Of a stretch of 64,000 bases of DNA, positions 18,721-29,114 are shown one piece after another; position 1 is the stretch's first letter; each line of letters opens with the position of its first letter. The position numbers and the translations under genes are program-made. The stretch lies in IMG/VR virus record IMGVR_UViG_3300031565_000002; one strand, given 5' to 3'. The notes under the pieces were generated by a model. It was not told the DNA's origin. It worked only from the letters and a program-made list of their open reading frames with translations, and did no database searches. Origin of the DNA: an uncultured virus (IMG/VR IMGVR_UViG_3300031565_000002). Its lineage: Duplodnaviria; Heunggongvirae; Uroviricota; Caudoviricetes.

Positions 18721-19375
18721 TCAAATCTTCGGATGTCATAACAGGAATACAATCATCTAACTTTAAATAATTCCTCAAAAAATCTCTCGCCCTAATTTGA
18801 TCCTTCCCTAATTTATAGTCATCTTCAAAATAAAACTTTACCCATTCATGAAATTGTAATTGCTCATTATATTTAAACGGCTTATTAACTCTAGTTAATA
18901 TATCTACCCACCGTACCCACTGCTCCTTAGTTATCTTTGGACTTTCAATTCCGACAACATGCTTGTGCTGACAAACTTCTTTAAAAACAGAATCTAAAAT
19001 ATCCATGCCTGTCATTCTACATTTATAATGCCTAACATTATAAATTAAACATCTCTTATCGTTATCAAGGAAAGGACAAATCGTAACCCCATTACTATCT
19101 CTACCGTTATCTCTCAATAAAATCTTATATGGATCATCAAATTTACGAAGTATATAACTGGCTACATATAAGAATTCAGCAATACAAATATAAGGGGAAA
19201 CACAACAATTTTCATTACAATTTTCACAATCAAAATCACATTTAGGAATAGCCTTATGTACCTTTTTTATTTTATCAAAACTATCTATCATATTTATACT
19301 CAATAAATATGGCACTTGTTTCTTTCTCTTCAGTTTCTTATTATTTGATCTTGACATTTGGGTCTCTTCTGGCAA
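18713..19375 (-). CDS. YkgJ-family Cys-cluster (CxxCxxCC) protein
   Basis: CENCNENCC ... CPFLDNDKRCLIYNVRHYKCR. Confidence 0.8.
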   Translation of the reverse strand: MPEETQMSRSNNKKLKRKKQVPYLLSINMIDSFDKIKKVHKAIPKCDFDCENCNENCCVSPYICIAEFLYVASYILRKFDDPYKILLRDNGRDSNGVTICPFLDNDKRCLIYNVRHYKCRMTGMDILDSVFKEVCQHKHVVGIESPKITKEQWVRWVDILTRVNKPFKYNEQLQFHEWVKFYFEDDYKLGKDQIRARDFLRNYLKLDDCIPVMTSEDLIG

Positions 19376-19745
19376 CCTTTACAGTACCATTTGCCCGCTT
19401 GGTTAATTTAGACCTTCCTATAGTATCCAGAAAATGATGTATCTCCTTCCCTGCTTCTCGATTTGGCCTATTAAGCGGTTTCGGTGCTCTCGGCATTTTC
19501 TTTAAAACACTCTCTGGGATTTGACCTTGAGACCTGTAATTCTCCCTTATCCTTTTACTTATTATATCATAAGCATGTATCTTTCCAGAACAACAACTCC
19601 CTGACTGCACTTGAATTTTATTCCCAGATTCATCTTCTTGATAACTAACTCGATACCCTCTAGATGAATCAATAACTTCACCACAAATGTCACATTTAGT
19701 AACTTCTTCGATAAATTCACCGGTACTCCAGTCGTATACTCTCAT
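19341..19745 (-). CDS. Hypothetical protein (CxxC, basic C-terminus)
   Basis: CDICG..CCS. Confidence 0.55.
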   Translation of the reverse strand: MRVYDWSTGEFIEEVTKCDICGEVIDSSRGYRVSYQEDESGNKIQVQSGSCCSGKIHAYDIISKRIRENYRSQGQIPESVLKKMPRAPKPLNRPNREAGKEIHHFLDTIGRSKLTKRANGTVKVARRDPNVKIK

Positions 19746-20263
19746 TCCCTAAACTCCATTCTTAATATCCTACTAGTCTTACGTTTATGATATCCTGTCC
19801 AATTCAAAATTATATCACCCGATTCTTTACCAGTTTTAAGAAAGCTTAATATTTTAAAAGCGTGGTTCATGTCGATACTGGGCTGATTAAAAATAGGGCT
19901 CAAATGTTTCGGAACAACAAAAAATTTAAACTCTTCTAATATATCATTTTTTAAAAGCAACTCCCTATACTCATCTTTTATAGACAAGATATGAGAATCA
20001 GTAAGCCCCCTACTTGCATATTTATCAATAAGTGCTCTATATGCCTGCAAATACTGGTCAACAAATATCTGTTGTTCAGTATAACCAATAAAACCATTAC
20101 GTTTAGCATACGCCTGAATATGTTCCTTGAAATGATCTAATACATCTTCATGTATCCACACTGTAGTTTTCATGGCTATTGCAGGATGATTAGAATTAAA
20201 AGTAACTCTATAAATATTAACTGACACTTCAATGCCCCTAACTATAAAAATCCTTAAAATCAA
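19742..20263 (-). CDS. Hypothetical protein
   Basis: 173-aa ORF; start uncertain. Confidence 0.55.
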   Translation of the reverse strand: MILRIFIVRGIEVSVNIYRVTFNSNHPAIAMKTTVWIHEDVLDHFKEHIQAYAKRNGFIGYTEQQIFVDQYLQAYRALIDKYASRGLTDSHILSIKDEYRELLLKNDILEEFKFFVVPKHLSPIFNQPSIDMNHAFKILSFLKTGKESGDIILNWTGYHKRKTSRILRMEFRE

Positions 20264-21008
20264 ATCTATTTTTTAAGATAAGACTCTTCTTTAACTTATT
20301 CTCAGCGTCTATTTTGTGACCGGATACAGTATTTTGCTTTATTTTTAACAATTCCCCTATCTCCCTTTCATTCAATCCTTCCTTATAATAATAATAAAGA
20401 ACTAAAAATTTCTTACGAGATAATATCCGTTTAACTTCACCCCAAAACTTACTTAAGTCACTTTCAACTTCAACCTTCTTATATTCAAAATCAATTTTCC
20501 TACTAAAATCAGAATTAGCATTCCTTAATACAATATCAAGATCATCTATGTCATATTCATCTCCACATATACGATTTATATAATCGGTAAAATTTATTTC
20601 ATTTGCCCACTTACGACAAAACGAAGATCTTAGCCCTATATTTCCCAATGCATTTTTCTTACCACCATAATCATTCATCACATCTTGAGTCAGCATCCTT
20701 TTGATATATCCGGCAAAAGGGACTCTCTTTTCATGATTAAAACTCCTGATACGTATTATAAAATGCTTATAAACTAACGACCTCACATCTTTTTTATCTT
20801 CTTCTGTATATCTCAAATCTCTCTGGGAATAAACTATGCTACGAATCAAATTCTCATATCTAATGAGGATGATCTCTACGGCTGGCTTTGCTATTGGGAA
20901 ACTAGAATTAGCCCAATAGACAACTGCTTCGTCAGTAAGTTTTAACAGAGATTGCTTACTCTGCGGGACTTCCCCTGGAATAAACTGATCCATAGATAGT
21001 ATTATCAT
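20238..21008 (-). CDS. Sigma-70 family RNA polymerase sigma factor
   Basis: Region 2-like YENLIRSI..FNHEKRVPFAGYI; region 4 HTH YYKEGLNEREIGELLKIKQNTVS. Confidence 0.8.
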   Translation of the reverse strand: MIILSMDQFIPGEVPQSKQSLLKLTDEAVVYWANSSFPIAKPAVEIILIRYENLIRSIVYSQRDLRYTEEDKKDVRSLVYKHFIIRIRSFNHEKRVPFAGYIKRMLTQDVMNDYGGKKNALGNIGLRSSFCRKWANEINFTDYINRICGDEYDIDDLDIVLRNANSDFSRKIDFEYKKVEVESDLSKFWGEVKRILSRKKFLVLYYYYKEGLNEREIGELLKIKQNTVSGHKIDAENKLKKSLILKNRFDFKDFYS

Positions 21009-21191
21009 CTAGTGTTACGACCAATAGCATCTGTAACAACACGTATCCCTCGTAATCCGAAAAATGATAATACTATGGATTCGTTACAACAACAAAGGAT
21101 GGTAATTTAAAACAACAGTGCCCTTTATTTTAATACAACTATACACTCCACGCCTCCCACATCCCAGCGTGGTATTTAATAAAAACAATAC

Positions 21192-21617
21192 TTAACTTTT
21201 TATTAACTCCACAATATAATGACAAACCGATTTCTTCAAATGCTTAATCTCATCTCTCTCGATTTCGGTGCCACCTATACCTTTGAAATTTGACGGCCGA
21301 ATAGATACATCCTTATTAAACGTATTTCTACCAGATAAATATTTAGTATCCTTTGACCTTTTCCTGAAAATCTTAACTGCTCCTACCTTATCATAAATCT
21401 TCTTAATTTCAAGTAATTCAGGTTCGGTAGGCTCATCACCATCTATAATAAAAGCCAGCCCTTTCTCTCTAGCGTCTGACAAGACACTATTATATTCAAA
21501 ATCATCATTAAAACTTTGGCTGTTTATATTGATTTTACCATTATTGTCAGCATTAAACAAAGAACTTTGTGATAATTTATAAATCCTTATTTCGTTGTCA
21601 TCATTCATCTTCCCCAC
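21192..21617 (-). CDS. Hypothetical protein
   Basis: 141-aa ORF. Confidence 0.55.
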   Translation of the reverse strand: MGKMNDDNEIRIYKLSQSSLFNADNNGKININSQSFNDDFEYNSVLSDAREKGLAFIIDGDEPTEPELLEIKKIYDKVGAVKIFRKRSKDTKYLSGRNTFNKDVSIRPSNFKGIGGTEIERDEIKHLKKSVCHYIVELIKS

Positions 21618-22335
21618 TCCTATTCGTCTTTTCCCTAAGATTCTTCATTTCCCAGAACTCCTTAAAATCTTCATAATAATATGGGCATACTAAACATTGA
21701 TGGGGTTTTCTATCGCAAAAATTAAATAAATTATCATTACCTATAGTTTTAATCTGCGATAAAACTTTCTTGCGATCCGACTCATCTTCAAACTCTATTG
21801 TATCTACCTCCTCAAACATTTCATTGAGATTTTCTACGTCAATTTTTGTAGATTTACACTTAAAAGACTCTTCTATGCTATGCTCATGTAAAAATTTACC
21901 AAGAATATTAACTTGTTTAAAAAAATATTTTTCAGCACTGCTAATCTGCCCCATTTTCTCTCTCTCTATTTTACGACCAGCGCCAACCATAGCAGTATTT
22001 TCTTCTTCCGGTTGAGTCGTACATTGACTCCTCCCAAATTTACCCAAAATACTATCTGCCTCAGCATCTCTTTCTTCCTCTTCAGTTTTATCTTTTTTCT
22101 TCGATAATCTACTTCTACCAAAATCAGAAATAGCATTATCTGTTTTTCTCTCATTCTCAAGTACGCGGATCATATGCTGCATAGCATCCGGCTTCATTAA
22201 AATATCATTTTCGCTATATCCACTAATTTTATCTTTAGTTGATTTTACTGACTGCTCAAAAACCAAATTCTCATAAGCAGAAATAGCGTTAAGCCTTAAT
22301 TCCCAAAGTCTCTCTTTTATGCTACTTTTGTCCAT
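21601..22335 (-). CDS. Hypothetical protein
   Basis: 244-aa ORF, C-terminal C..CLVC. Confidence 0.6.
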   Translation of the reverse strand: MDKSSIKERLWELRLNAISAYENLVFEQSVKSTKDKISGYSENDILMKPDAMQHMIRVLENERKTDNAISDFGRSRLSKKKDKTEEEERDAEADSILGKFGRSQCTTQPEEENTAMVGAGRKIEREKMGQISSAEKYFFKQVNILGKFLHEHSIEESFKCKSTKIDVENLNEMFEEVDTIEFEDESDRKKVLSQIKTIGNDNLFNFCDRKPHQCLVCPYYYEDFKEFWEMKNLREKTNRSGEDE

Positions 22336-24884
22336 TTAGCCGCCGAATACCCGTCCTTATCAATCTCAACATTCAATTTAACGTCAAACATTTCTATTAA
22401 ATCTCTAACGTGAGTTATTAAAATAATCTTATCAAATTGACTTTTCATTGCACTTAACGTTCTCATTATAAGAGTAAGATTATCAGGATCCAATTTCCCA
22501 AAACCTTCATCTATAAACATCACTTCTTCACCACCACATATAGCCACTCTGAGGGCAAAAGATATTTGGAAACACTCTGCACCACTATAAGTGTTAAACG
22601 TCCTTTTCTTGCCCCTTCTATCCCTTATCATAATGATTATCTTATCCTGATATGAACCATCTGCCCTTTTGGGTCTTTCAAAACTAATGGTCCTATCAGC
22701 TTGCATTGTTTTTAACAATTCATTAGTCTGATTCTCAATTTCAGGCAACATATTCTCTATAATCAAAGTCGGAATACCAGATTTACTATACATCTCGATG
22801 GCTCTTTCCAACAAAAATTGCTCTTCCTTGAGATCAGCCGACTCTTCCATTTTCTCATTTAACTCTTCTTCCTTCTTAATAATACTTTCCATGATCTGTT
22901 GCTGTGCTCCAAAATCACGCATAAGCTGAGTGAACTCATCTCTATTTCTTGATAAAGTTTCCGTAGCTTCTTCCTCCCTTGCCTGTATAACGCTTAATTT
23001 AGAATCAAGGTTACTACGGTCAAAAGAATCAAGGTCCTTCGATAATTTAGAGACCATCGTCTGCTTATTTTCAATTTTACCGACTAAATTATTTTTTCTT
23101 TCAACTAAACCTGGGAGTTCCCTTTCAGCCGTATCAAGTTTTTCCTTCTCTCTAAGAAACCCTTTCAATTCACCATGCCTAACTCGAACGGATTGATGTT
23201 CATCCTGATTATAAACAATAGCACCCAACTGTTGCCTCAAAGAAACTAACGTTTCAGTTTTATCGGAATATGCCCCACTATCTATTATACTCTTTAGATG
23301 ATTTATTTCATGAACTAAACGATTAGATGTTTCCCTTGCCACTGTAATATTCCCAATTTGAGTTTCAAGTTGACCAAGCTCCCTATCAAAAGAAGATTTC
23401 TTACTCAAATTATTATTCATTACTAATAACTGTTCATTATTATTTTTTAATTGCTCCTCAAGCAAATTCATTTTCTCGACATTATCACGCCCCTGCAACT
23501 TATAACTATCTATCTTCTCAATTTTCTTCCCCTTAATAAAATTCATTCCGTTATCATCTACTGGTCTTTCACACTCGAAACAAATTCTATCTTTCATAAA
23601 TTGCTGCATCTTAACAGTCTCTTCATTTATTCGCTCAGACAAATTTTCATTAGTAGTTTTAATGGCAGATATTCGAACTAATATTTCCCGATTCTCATTT
23701 TCAATATCACCAGTCTGGGCTTCCAATAATGAAAGAGATTCTATTGATTGTCTACAATTCTCATGCTGCAGTTCAACTTCATCGGCATTCTGCAAAACTG
23801 CTATAGCATTATCATTATTAGTTATAGCCTGCTGATATAACCTCTCAACTTCTAGCTTTGCATTATTGACTTCATTCTCAATATTTGATATTTGATTTGT
23901 CAAATTACTACGATTCATTAATGCTGTATCTAACAATTCTTTACTATTTTCAAGCGACTGGAATTCAGTAAATTTTTCTTCTATTTCAGCCTTCCTGGAA
24001 ACAATACCTCCCTGCTCATTAATATTACGTTCTACACCATCCTTTTCTTTAATGAAATCATTTATTTCTATATTGACAGACTGCAGATCACTTTCTATTC
24101 TTTTTACGTTATCAATAACTAAAACAAGACCATCCTTTTCTTTTGTTATTTTGCTAACTTCAATTTCTATTTTTTTGATGTCATCCTTAGCGCTCATAAT
24201 CTTTTTATTCAAGCCATCTATTGCTAATTGGACATCTCCCTTTTGCTCTATCTCCAGCTTACAAGTTTCAAGGTAATGGTCAATCCCATCAAGCATCACT
24301 GTTACCTTATTAAGTTTATTGACTGCCTTTTCTCTTAATAACTCCCATACCGTAATCTTCTTCAACTTGCTGACTTCCTCTATAAATTCAGCAGGTCTTA
24401 ATCTCGCTAACCTGTTAGCTTCATCCTGTGGGAAAAAAGCACTATTGCAAAAATTACTACAGTCCTTACCTAATATATCTACCACTTTTTCGCTGGTAAT
24501 ACTTTTTGATTTAGCAGTCAATGGAATTATCTGTTTTCCAATAATTTGATTCAATTCACATTTAACCTGATCACATTTAGCTATATCATTTTTTGTTTTT
24601 GATAAACGATACTCCCTTATTATTTCGTATGTTAATCCATCATGGGAAAACTTATATTCAACACTCATATCCTTACTGCCATCGTCAATTATAAGTTCTT
24701 TTACTGAAGTCTCAGCATCATCTATCAATACTTTCCCATATAATGCCAATAATATTCCATAAAAAATAGTAGACTTGCCAGTCCCATTCTTACCTACTAT
24801 TGGCATCACACCTGAATGCGGGAATACTATTGTTTCATCTTTATAATTCCTAAAATTCACAAATTTAATAGATATTGGGTTCAT
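22317..24884 (-). CDS. sbcC: SbcC/Rad50-like SMC ATPase
   Basis: Walker A GKNGTGKST, Q-loop FFPQ, zinc hook CFEC, signature YSGAE, Walker B FIDEG, ITH. Confidence 0.93.
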   Translation of the reverse strand: MNPISIKFVNFRNYKDETIVFPHSGVMPIVGKNGTGKSTIFYGILLALYGKVLIDDAETSVKELIIDDGSKDMSVEYKFSHDGLTYEIIREYRLSKTKNDIAKCDQVKCELNQIIGKQIIPLTAKSKSITSEKVVDILGKDCSNFCNSAFFPQDEANRLARLRPAEFIEEVSKLKKITVWELLREKAVNKLNKVTVMLDGIDHYLETCKLEIEQKGDVQLAIDGLNKKIMSAKDDIKKIEIEVSKITKEKDGLVLVIDNVKRIESDLQSVNIEINDFIKEKDGVERNINEQGGIVSRKAEIEEKFTEFQSLENSKELLDTALMNRSNLTNQISNIENEVNNAKLEVERLYQQAITNNDNAIAVLQNADEVELQHENCRQSIESLSLLEAQTGDIENENREILVRISAIKTTNENLSERINEETVKMQQFMKDRICFECERPVDDNGMNFIKGKKIEKIDSYKLQGRDNVEKMNLLEEQLKNNNEQLLVMNNNLSKKSSFDRELGQLETQIGNITVARETSNRLVHEINHLKSIIDSGAYSDKTETLVSLRQQLGAIVYNQDEHQSVRVRHGELKGFLREKEKLDTAERELPGLVERKNNLVGKIENKQTMVSKLSKDLDSFDRSNLDSKLSVIQAREEEATETLSRNRDEFTQLMRDFGAQQQIMESIIKKEEELNEKMEESADLKEEQFLLERAIEMYSKSGIPTLIIENMLPEIENQTNELLKTMQADRTISFERPKRADGSYQDKIIIMIRDRRGKKRTFNTYSGAECFQISFALRVAICGGEEVMFIDEGFGKLDPDNLTLIMRTLSAMKSQFDKIILITHVRDLIEMFDVKLNVEIDKDGYSAAKWTKVA

Positions 24885-24887
24885 TAG

Positions 24888-26099
24888 CTATTCCAAACTT
24901 TTAATTTTATTTTCTTTATCAACATTAACCTCATCTAAAAGGTCTTTTGTTAACATCACAAGCCCTTGTAATGCATCCTCAAATTCCCCTCCCTTTAATT
25001 TACAGAATTCTTCTACAGCAACAATCGGGGATATGATATTATTTATTTCATTCTTCTCATGGTCTATGTCTTCTATATCAACTCTATAGTCAATATCAAA
25101 ATAAACAGTATTCGACAACTCTTCCCTTATCTTATTTATATCAATACTAAGAAGCTGTCTTTCTGTTACATTATAAACTACCCTAACAATACAATCTTTA
25201 ACCAATGCATTTACTATTGATTTAAGTATAACTCTTGTAGGGTTGGAATCTTCTGGAGATACTGAAACTCTAATTGTTTTAAACCTCGTATAAAAATCTG
25301 ATATTACATGCTTTCTTTTTGAAACATTATTATCTTTATCTATCTCAAAATATACATATCCCTTTTTATCTGCTTCCTCTCCAAAATCATTTGGAAATAA
25401 ACTCCCAGAATACCAAATCCTATCATCTACAATTAATGGTTGATGGATATGTCCTAATATAAAAGCTCCAAATTTATTAGTAGCCTGAAACACTTCTTTG
25501 GGTACTATAAATTCTTCGCTAAATATATTGCTCCCCATATAATGATTTTTCACACCAGCAAGAGAAAGATGACCTAAAACAATACTGGCATTATCACCAA
25601 CCTTTGCCTTCTTAATTATATTAGCAACAGCATTACCTGGATCTTGCCCATATTTTTTCCAATCTTTAGGATACAAATATGGCAACCCAAGGATGTCTAT
25701 TAATTCTCCGTTTTTAGCTGTTATAGTCTGAGTCCCAACACTATCGACAAGAAATATATTGGGCAATTTATATACTCTATCGGCAACAAACGGGTGCATA
25801 GCCCCTTCTGTCCGTGGGGTACAATGATTTCCAGGTATAAATACGACTGGCAATCCCTTATCATTACAATACACTAGCCGTTTCTCAAACTCTTCTCTCA
25901 CCCTATTAGTAGGATTAAGCATTTCAAAAATATCACCGGCTATCAATAATATATCTGCTTCATTTATAGCCTTATCAATAACACTATCAAATAAATTAAA
26001 ACCTTCCAGTGTCCTTGTATTAAGTTTAGAATCCTGATCTAAACTTCCATACAAAGATAATCCTAAATGTAGGTCAGCAATATGAAAACACTTAATCAG
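24888..26099 (-). CDS. sbcD: SbcD/Mre11-like nuclease (probable CTG start)
   Basis: In-frame upstream extension supplies HIADLHLG; AGDIF, PGNH, GHL, LGHIH motifs; adjacent to sbcC. Confidence 0.9.
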   Translation of the reverse strand: MIKCFHIADLHLGLSLYGSLDQDSKLNTRTLEGFNLFDSVIDKAINEADILLIAGDIFEMLNPTNRVREEFEKRLVYCNDKGLPVVFIPGNHCTPRTEGAMHPFVADRVYKLPNIFLVDSVGTQTITAKNGELIDILGLPYLYPKDWKKYGQDPGNAVANIIKKAKVGDNASIVLGHLSLAGVKNHYMGSNIFSEEFIVPKEVFQATNKFGAFILGHIHQPLIVDDRIWYSGSLFPNDFGEEADKKGYVYFEIDKDNNVSKRKHVISDFYTRFKTIRVSVSPEDSNPTRVILKSIVNALVKDCIVRVVYNVTERQLLSIDINKIREELSNTVYFDIDYRVDIEDIDHEKNEINNIISPIVAVEEFCKLKGGEFEDALQGLVMLTKDLLDEVNVDKENKIKSLE

Positions 26100-26161
26100 A
26101 ATAACCTCTTTTGTTTATAGTTCAAAATCTCAACATTATTAATATATCACAACTTATTAAT

Positions 26162-26189
26162 AATATAACAATAATAGAAAAAAAGTCAA
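26162..26189 (-). promoter_or_regulatory. sigma70-type promoter
   Basis: TTGACT-16 nt-TATATT upstream of sbcD. Confidence 0.55.
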
Positions 26190-26791
26190 CATTCTAACTT
26201 CAATTCAAGCATTTTATCAAATAACGTTTTTAAATCCCTATACATCTCTTTTTTCTTAATCATCGGAAACTTAATCATTCCGGAAGGGTGATTTAACGGG
26301 TATATCAAGATATCCTTACCATTAATTTGTTTTTTGAAAAATTTACCATGAGTATCTGATATTTTTTTATTTGCTCCCAAAAAATGGTGTAAAACTTTCC
26401 TTCCACAAATAGCAACAACAGCAGGAGATAAGATGTTTATCAATTCTGTTAAATAGTCTTTGCACGATTTCACATCATTTGCCATTAACTTATTGTCTTG
26501 TGGTCTACAATGGACAAGATATGTTACGTATATTTTATTGGTATGTATATTAGCCGCACGCAACAATTTCTCAAACAACCTACCTAACGGACTTGACCAT
26601 GCATTTCCAGTTCTATCCTCTTCATATTCAGGATAATCCCTAACTAACAATAAGTTAGCACGGAAGGTGCCGGAACCTATCATAGCATTCTTTCTTTCAT
26701 CACATAACGGACACTTATCACATTTCGTGATACTTTCATCAAGAAAATCGAGCCGTTCTATTTTATCTTCAGGACTTTCATTTTTTTGCAA
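26186..26791 (-). CDS. Uracil-DNA glycosylase family 4-like protein (divergent active site)
   Basis: CDKCPLC Fe-S ligands, HCRP, NHPS motif B. Confidence 0.8.
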   Translation of the reverse strand: MQKNESPEDKIERLDFLDESITKCDKCPLCDERKNAMIGSGTFRANLLLVRDYPEYEEDRTGNAWSSPLGRLFEKLLRAANIHTNKIYVTYLVHCRPQDNKLMANDVKSCKDYLTELINILSPAVVAICGRKVLHHFLGANKKISDTHGKFFKKQINGKDILIYPLNHPSGMIKFPMIKKKEMYRDLKTLFDKMLELKLEC

Positions 26792-27218
26792 AACTATTAC
26801 CCCTCAAATCTTTCCCACCCCTAAACATTGCCCATGCCTGCTTATCCATACTAAATACCCTGATATACTCACACTCAAGACATACCTTGTCTATTTGTTC
26901 CTTATTTGAATAAAGGCAATATTCTCTCAAACAACGGAATTGGAATTCTATCTTTTTACTCATCTTTCCAACTCCAAGTCTCAGTTCCATACAGTCTATA
27001 CAATCATCCTTAACTTTTTCTCTTTCGTTCCTGTGACACTTACCGAAAGAACAAGAAATTGTTAAAGGTAAAACCTTCTCCTTTATTTTTTCGCCCCTTT
27101 TAATAAAATCAGAGCAACTACCATACTTAGGGCATCCGGTAGATAATAAAACCATCCTTGTCAATCCAGATTTATTACATACAGATGCCTTATTGCAAAA
27201 TTCATTCTGCCGCATCAC
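26778..27218 (-). CDS. Cys-rich hypothetical protein
   Basis: Repeated C-x4-C...CxxC units. Confidence 0.55.
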   Translation of the reverse strand: MMRQNEFCNKASVCNKSGLTRMVLLSTGCPKYGSCSDFIKRGEKIKEKVLPLTISCSFGKCHRNEREKVKDDCIDCMELRLGVGKMSKKIEFQFRCLREYCLYSNKEQIDKVCLECEYIRVFSMDKQAWAMFRGGKDLRGNSFAKK

Positions 27219-27642
27219 TATCTCCTTTCAAATAATACTCTGAAACTATAGAGTGCTTTTGTCGAAAAACATCATATTCATCTTTATTCAAATATCCATC
27301 AAAAACGACAATAATCCTTGCTGGAGCAGAATAATTTGGCTGAAAACAAAAAACACTTACAACCATTGCATCTTCTGTAATATCACTCCTTACATTACCA
27401 TCAAAACCTTCATACTCCATTGACATCCACTTTTCTCTTTTAACATAAGTAACAAAATCTCTTAATTCAATTGCTGGTTTCTTAAATAAAAACCTTCTAC
27501 CATCATTATCTATTAATGTATTTCTTTCTTCTTCAAGTGACTTGATATCATTGGTTATCACTGTTAATTCAGCATAAAGAGTTTTATACTGATGGTATTT
27601 ATCATCAATCTGACCATTAATTTCTTGAATTCTATCACTCAT
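27202..27642 (-). CDS. Hypothetical protein
   Basis: 146 aa, N-terminal coiled coil; GAGGA RBS. Confidence 0.6.
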   Translation of the reverse strand: MSDRIQEINGQIDDKYHQYKTLYAELTVITNDIKSLEEERNTLIDNDGRRFLFKKPAIELRDFVTYVKREKWMSMEYEGFDGNVRSDITEDAMVVSVFCFQPNYSAPARIIVVFDGYLNKDEYDVFRQKHSIVSEYYLKGDSDAAE

Positions 27643-27696
27643 TAATAATCCTCATTTCACAATAACTATAATATACCATCATCAAAATAAAATTTA

Positions 27697-28104
27697 TTAA
27701 GTACCAAAAAAATTCCTAAAAAAATCAACATTAACTCCAGCGTTCTGACCCATTTTTGAAATATCCACATATACTTCACCATTTGGGTCTATAACAACAT
27801 TAGGCTTACCTGTTTTCATCTGTTCATTTTGAACATCACTCGTAGTCTTAACTTCAACATCTGGCTGCTTTTTCTTCTTCCTTAAATTATGTACACCTAT
27901 AGAAATATCGTGAGACCTTCTCTTACTTTTATCCTTTAATATCTCATACGCTTCCATTACTTCCCTAAATTTATTTTCAGCATCTTTATCCCCAGGATTC
28001 TTATCTGGATGATATTTAATTGCCTTTTTCCTATATGCCTTCTTTATAGTATCATCGTCAGCATCATAGTCAACATCAAGAATCTTATAACTATTTTTCA
28101 ACAT
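27697..28104 (-). CDS. J-domain (DnaJ-like) protein
   Basis: [32 protein letters not shown]. Confidence 0.9.
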   Translation of the reverse strand: MLKNSYKILDVDYDADDDTIKKAYRKKAIKYHPDKNPGDKDAENKFREVMEAYEILKDKSKRRSHDISIGVHNLRKKKKQPDVEVKTTSDVQNEQMKTGKPNVVIDPNGEVYVDISKMGQNAGVNVDFFRNFFGT

Positions 28105-28372
28105 AACTCTTGCCTATTTTCTGGCTTCTTTCTACTGATTTACTTTTCCTGCTACCGTCTCTCATATCATAAACATCAATTATATCACCCAAAAAAATTG
28201 TTAATATTTTACGCAAGACAGCAACTATTAAATTAGACTTTAAACATAACTCATGAACTTTCCCATCATTCTTTTTTATATCAACGGTATACCCTCTATG
28301 AAATCTACAGCTATTGGCTGACCCTTCATACTTGAAATATTTCCTTCTACAACGACCATCGCAATATTTCAT
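28091..28372 (-). CDS. Hypothetical protein
   Basis: 93-aa basic, Cys-containing ORF. Confidence 0.5.
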   Translation of the reverse strand: MKYCDGRCRRKYFKYEGSANSCRFHRGYTVDIKKNDGKVHELCLKSNLIVAVLRKILTIFLGDIIDVYDMRDGSRKSKSVERSQKIGKSYVEK

Positions 28373-28377
28373 ATTAC

Positions 28378-29112
28378 TTATTCATCCATCCCAAAAAAAG
28401 TCTGCTCTAGACTGGTATTAGCTCGTAACCCCTCTAATTTCCTAATCGCCTTTTCATGAAAATCTTTATCTATTTCAAACCCTATAAATTCTCTTTCTAA
28501 ATCCCTACAAGCAAGGGCAGTTGTCCCACTACCCATAAATGGGTCTAATATCAATTCCCCTTTTTTAGATGATATTTCGATCAATTGTTGCATAATATGC
28601 AACGGCTTCTCAGTCGGGTGACCATACTCTGATGGTTTTACATTAGTCATTTTTATTTTTCTATATTTACTGAAATGTAACTTCCCCTTTAAATCATTAA
28701 AACATGCACCTTTCTCTCTTATGTACATTATGTATTCGATGTCTGATAAATATTTATTGTTTTTAGTCGGAATAGGATTTCGCTTACCCATCACAAGTAA
28801 ATCCCAATTGAACCCATTGCTAACAGCAAAGGTTATATAATCAACAAGCAAATCTTTTGAACAAAAAATATAGGCATTAAACTTCTTCAATACTCTGACG
28901 CATTGCTCTAAAAATAAGATAGGGTCAAATTCATCTAAATCACTATTATGAACATTTTTTAACCAATCTCTCTTATTATGTAAGCCACCACCAGACTTTG
29001 CGTGAATTCTATACGGAGGGTCTGTTGCTACTAAATCTATAGAATTATCAGGTATCTCATTAACTAATTCATAAAAATTGCCAAGTGTTATCTTATTGAT
29101 AAATCTTTCCAT
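28378..29112 (-). CDS. N4/N6 DNA methyltransferase (beta class)
   Basis: TDPPY, HPTEKP, LDPFMGSGTT. Confidence 0.93.
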   Translation of the reverse strand: MERFINKITLGNFYELVNEIPDNSIDLVATDPPYRIHAKSGGGLHNKRDWLKNVHNSDLDEFDPILFLEQCVRVLKKFNAYIFCSKDLLVDYITFAVSNGFNWDLLVMGKRNPIPTKNNKYLSDIEYIMYIREKGACFNDLKGKLHFSKYRKIKMTNVKPSEYGHPTEKPLHIMQQLIEISSKKGELILDPFMGSGTTALACRDLEREFIGFEIDKDFHEKAIRKLEGLRANTSLEQTFFGMDE

Positions 29113-29114
29113 TA

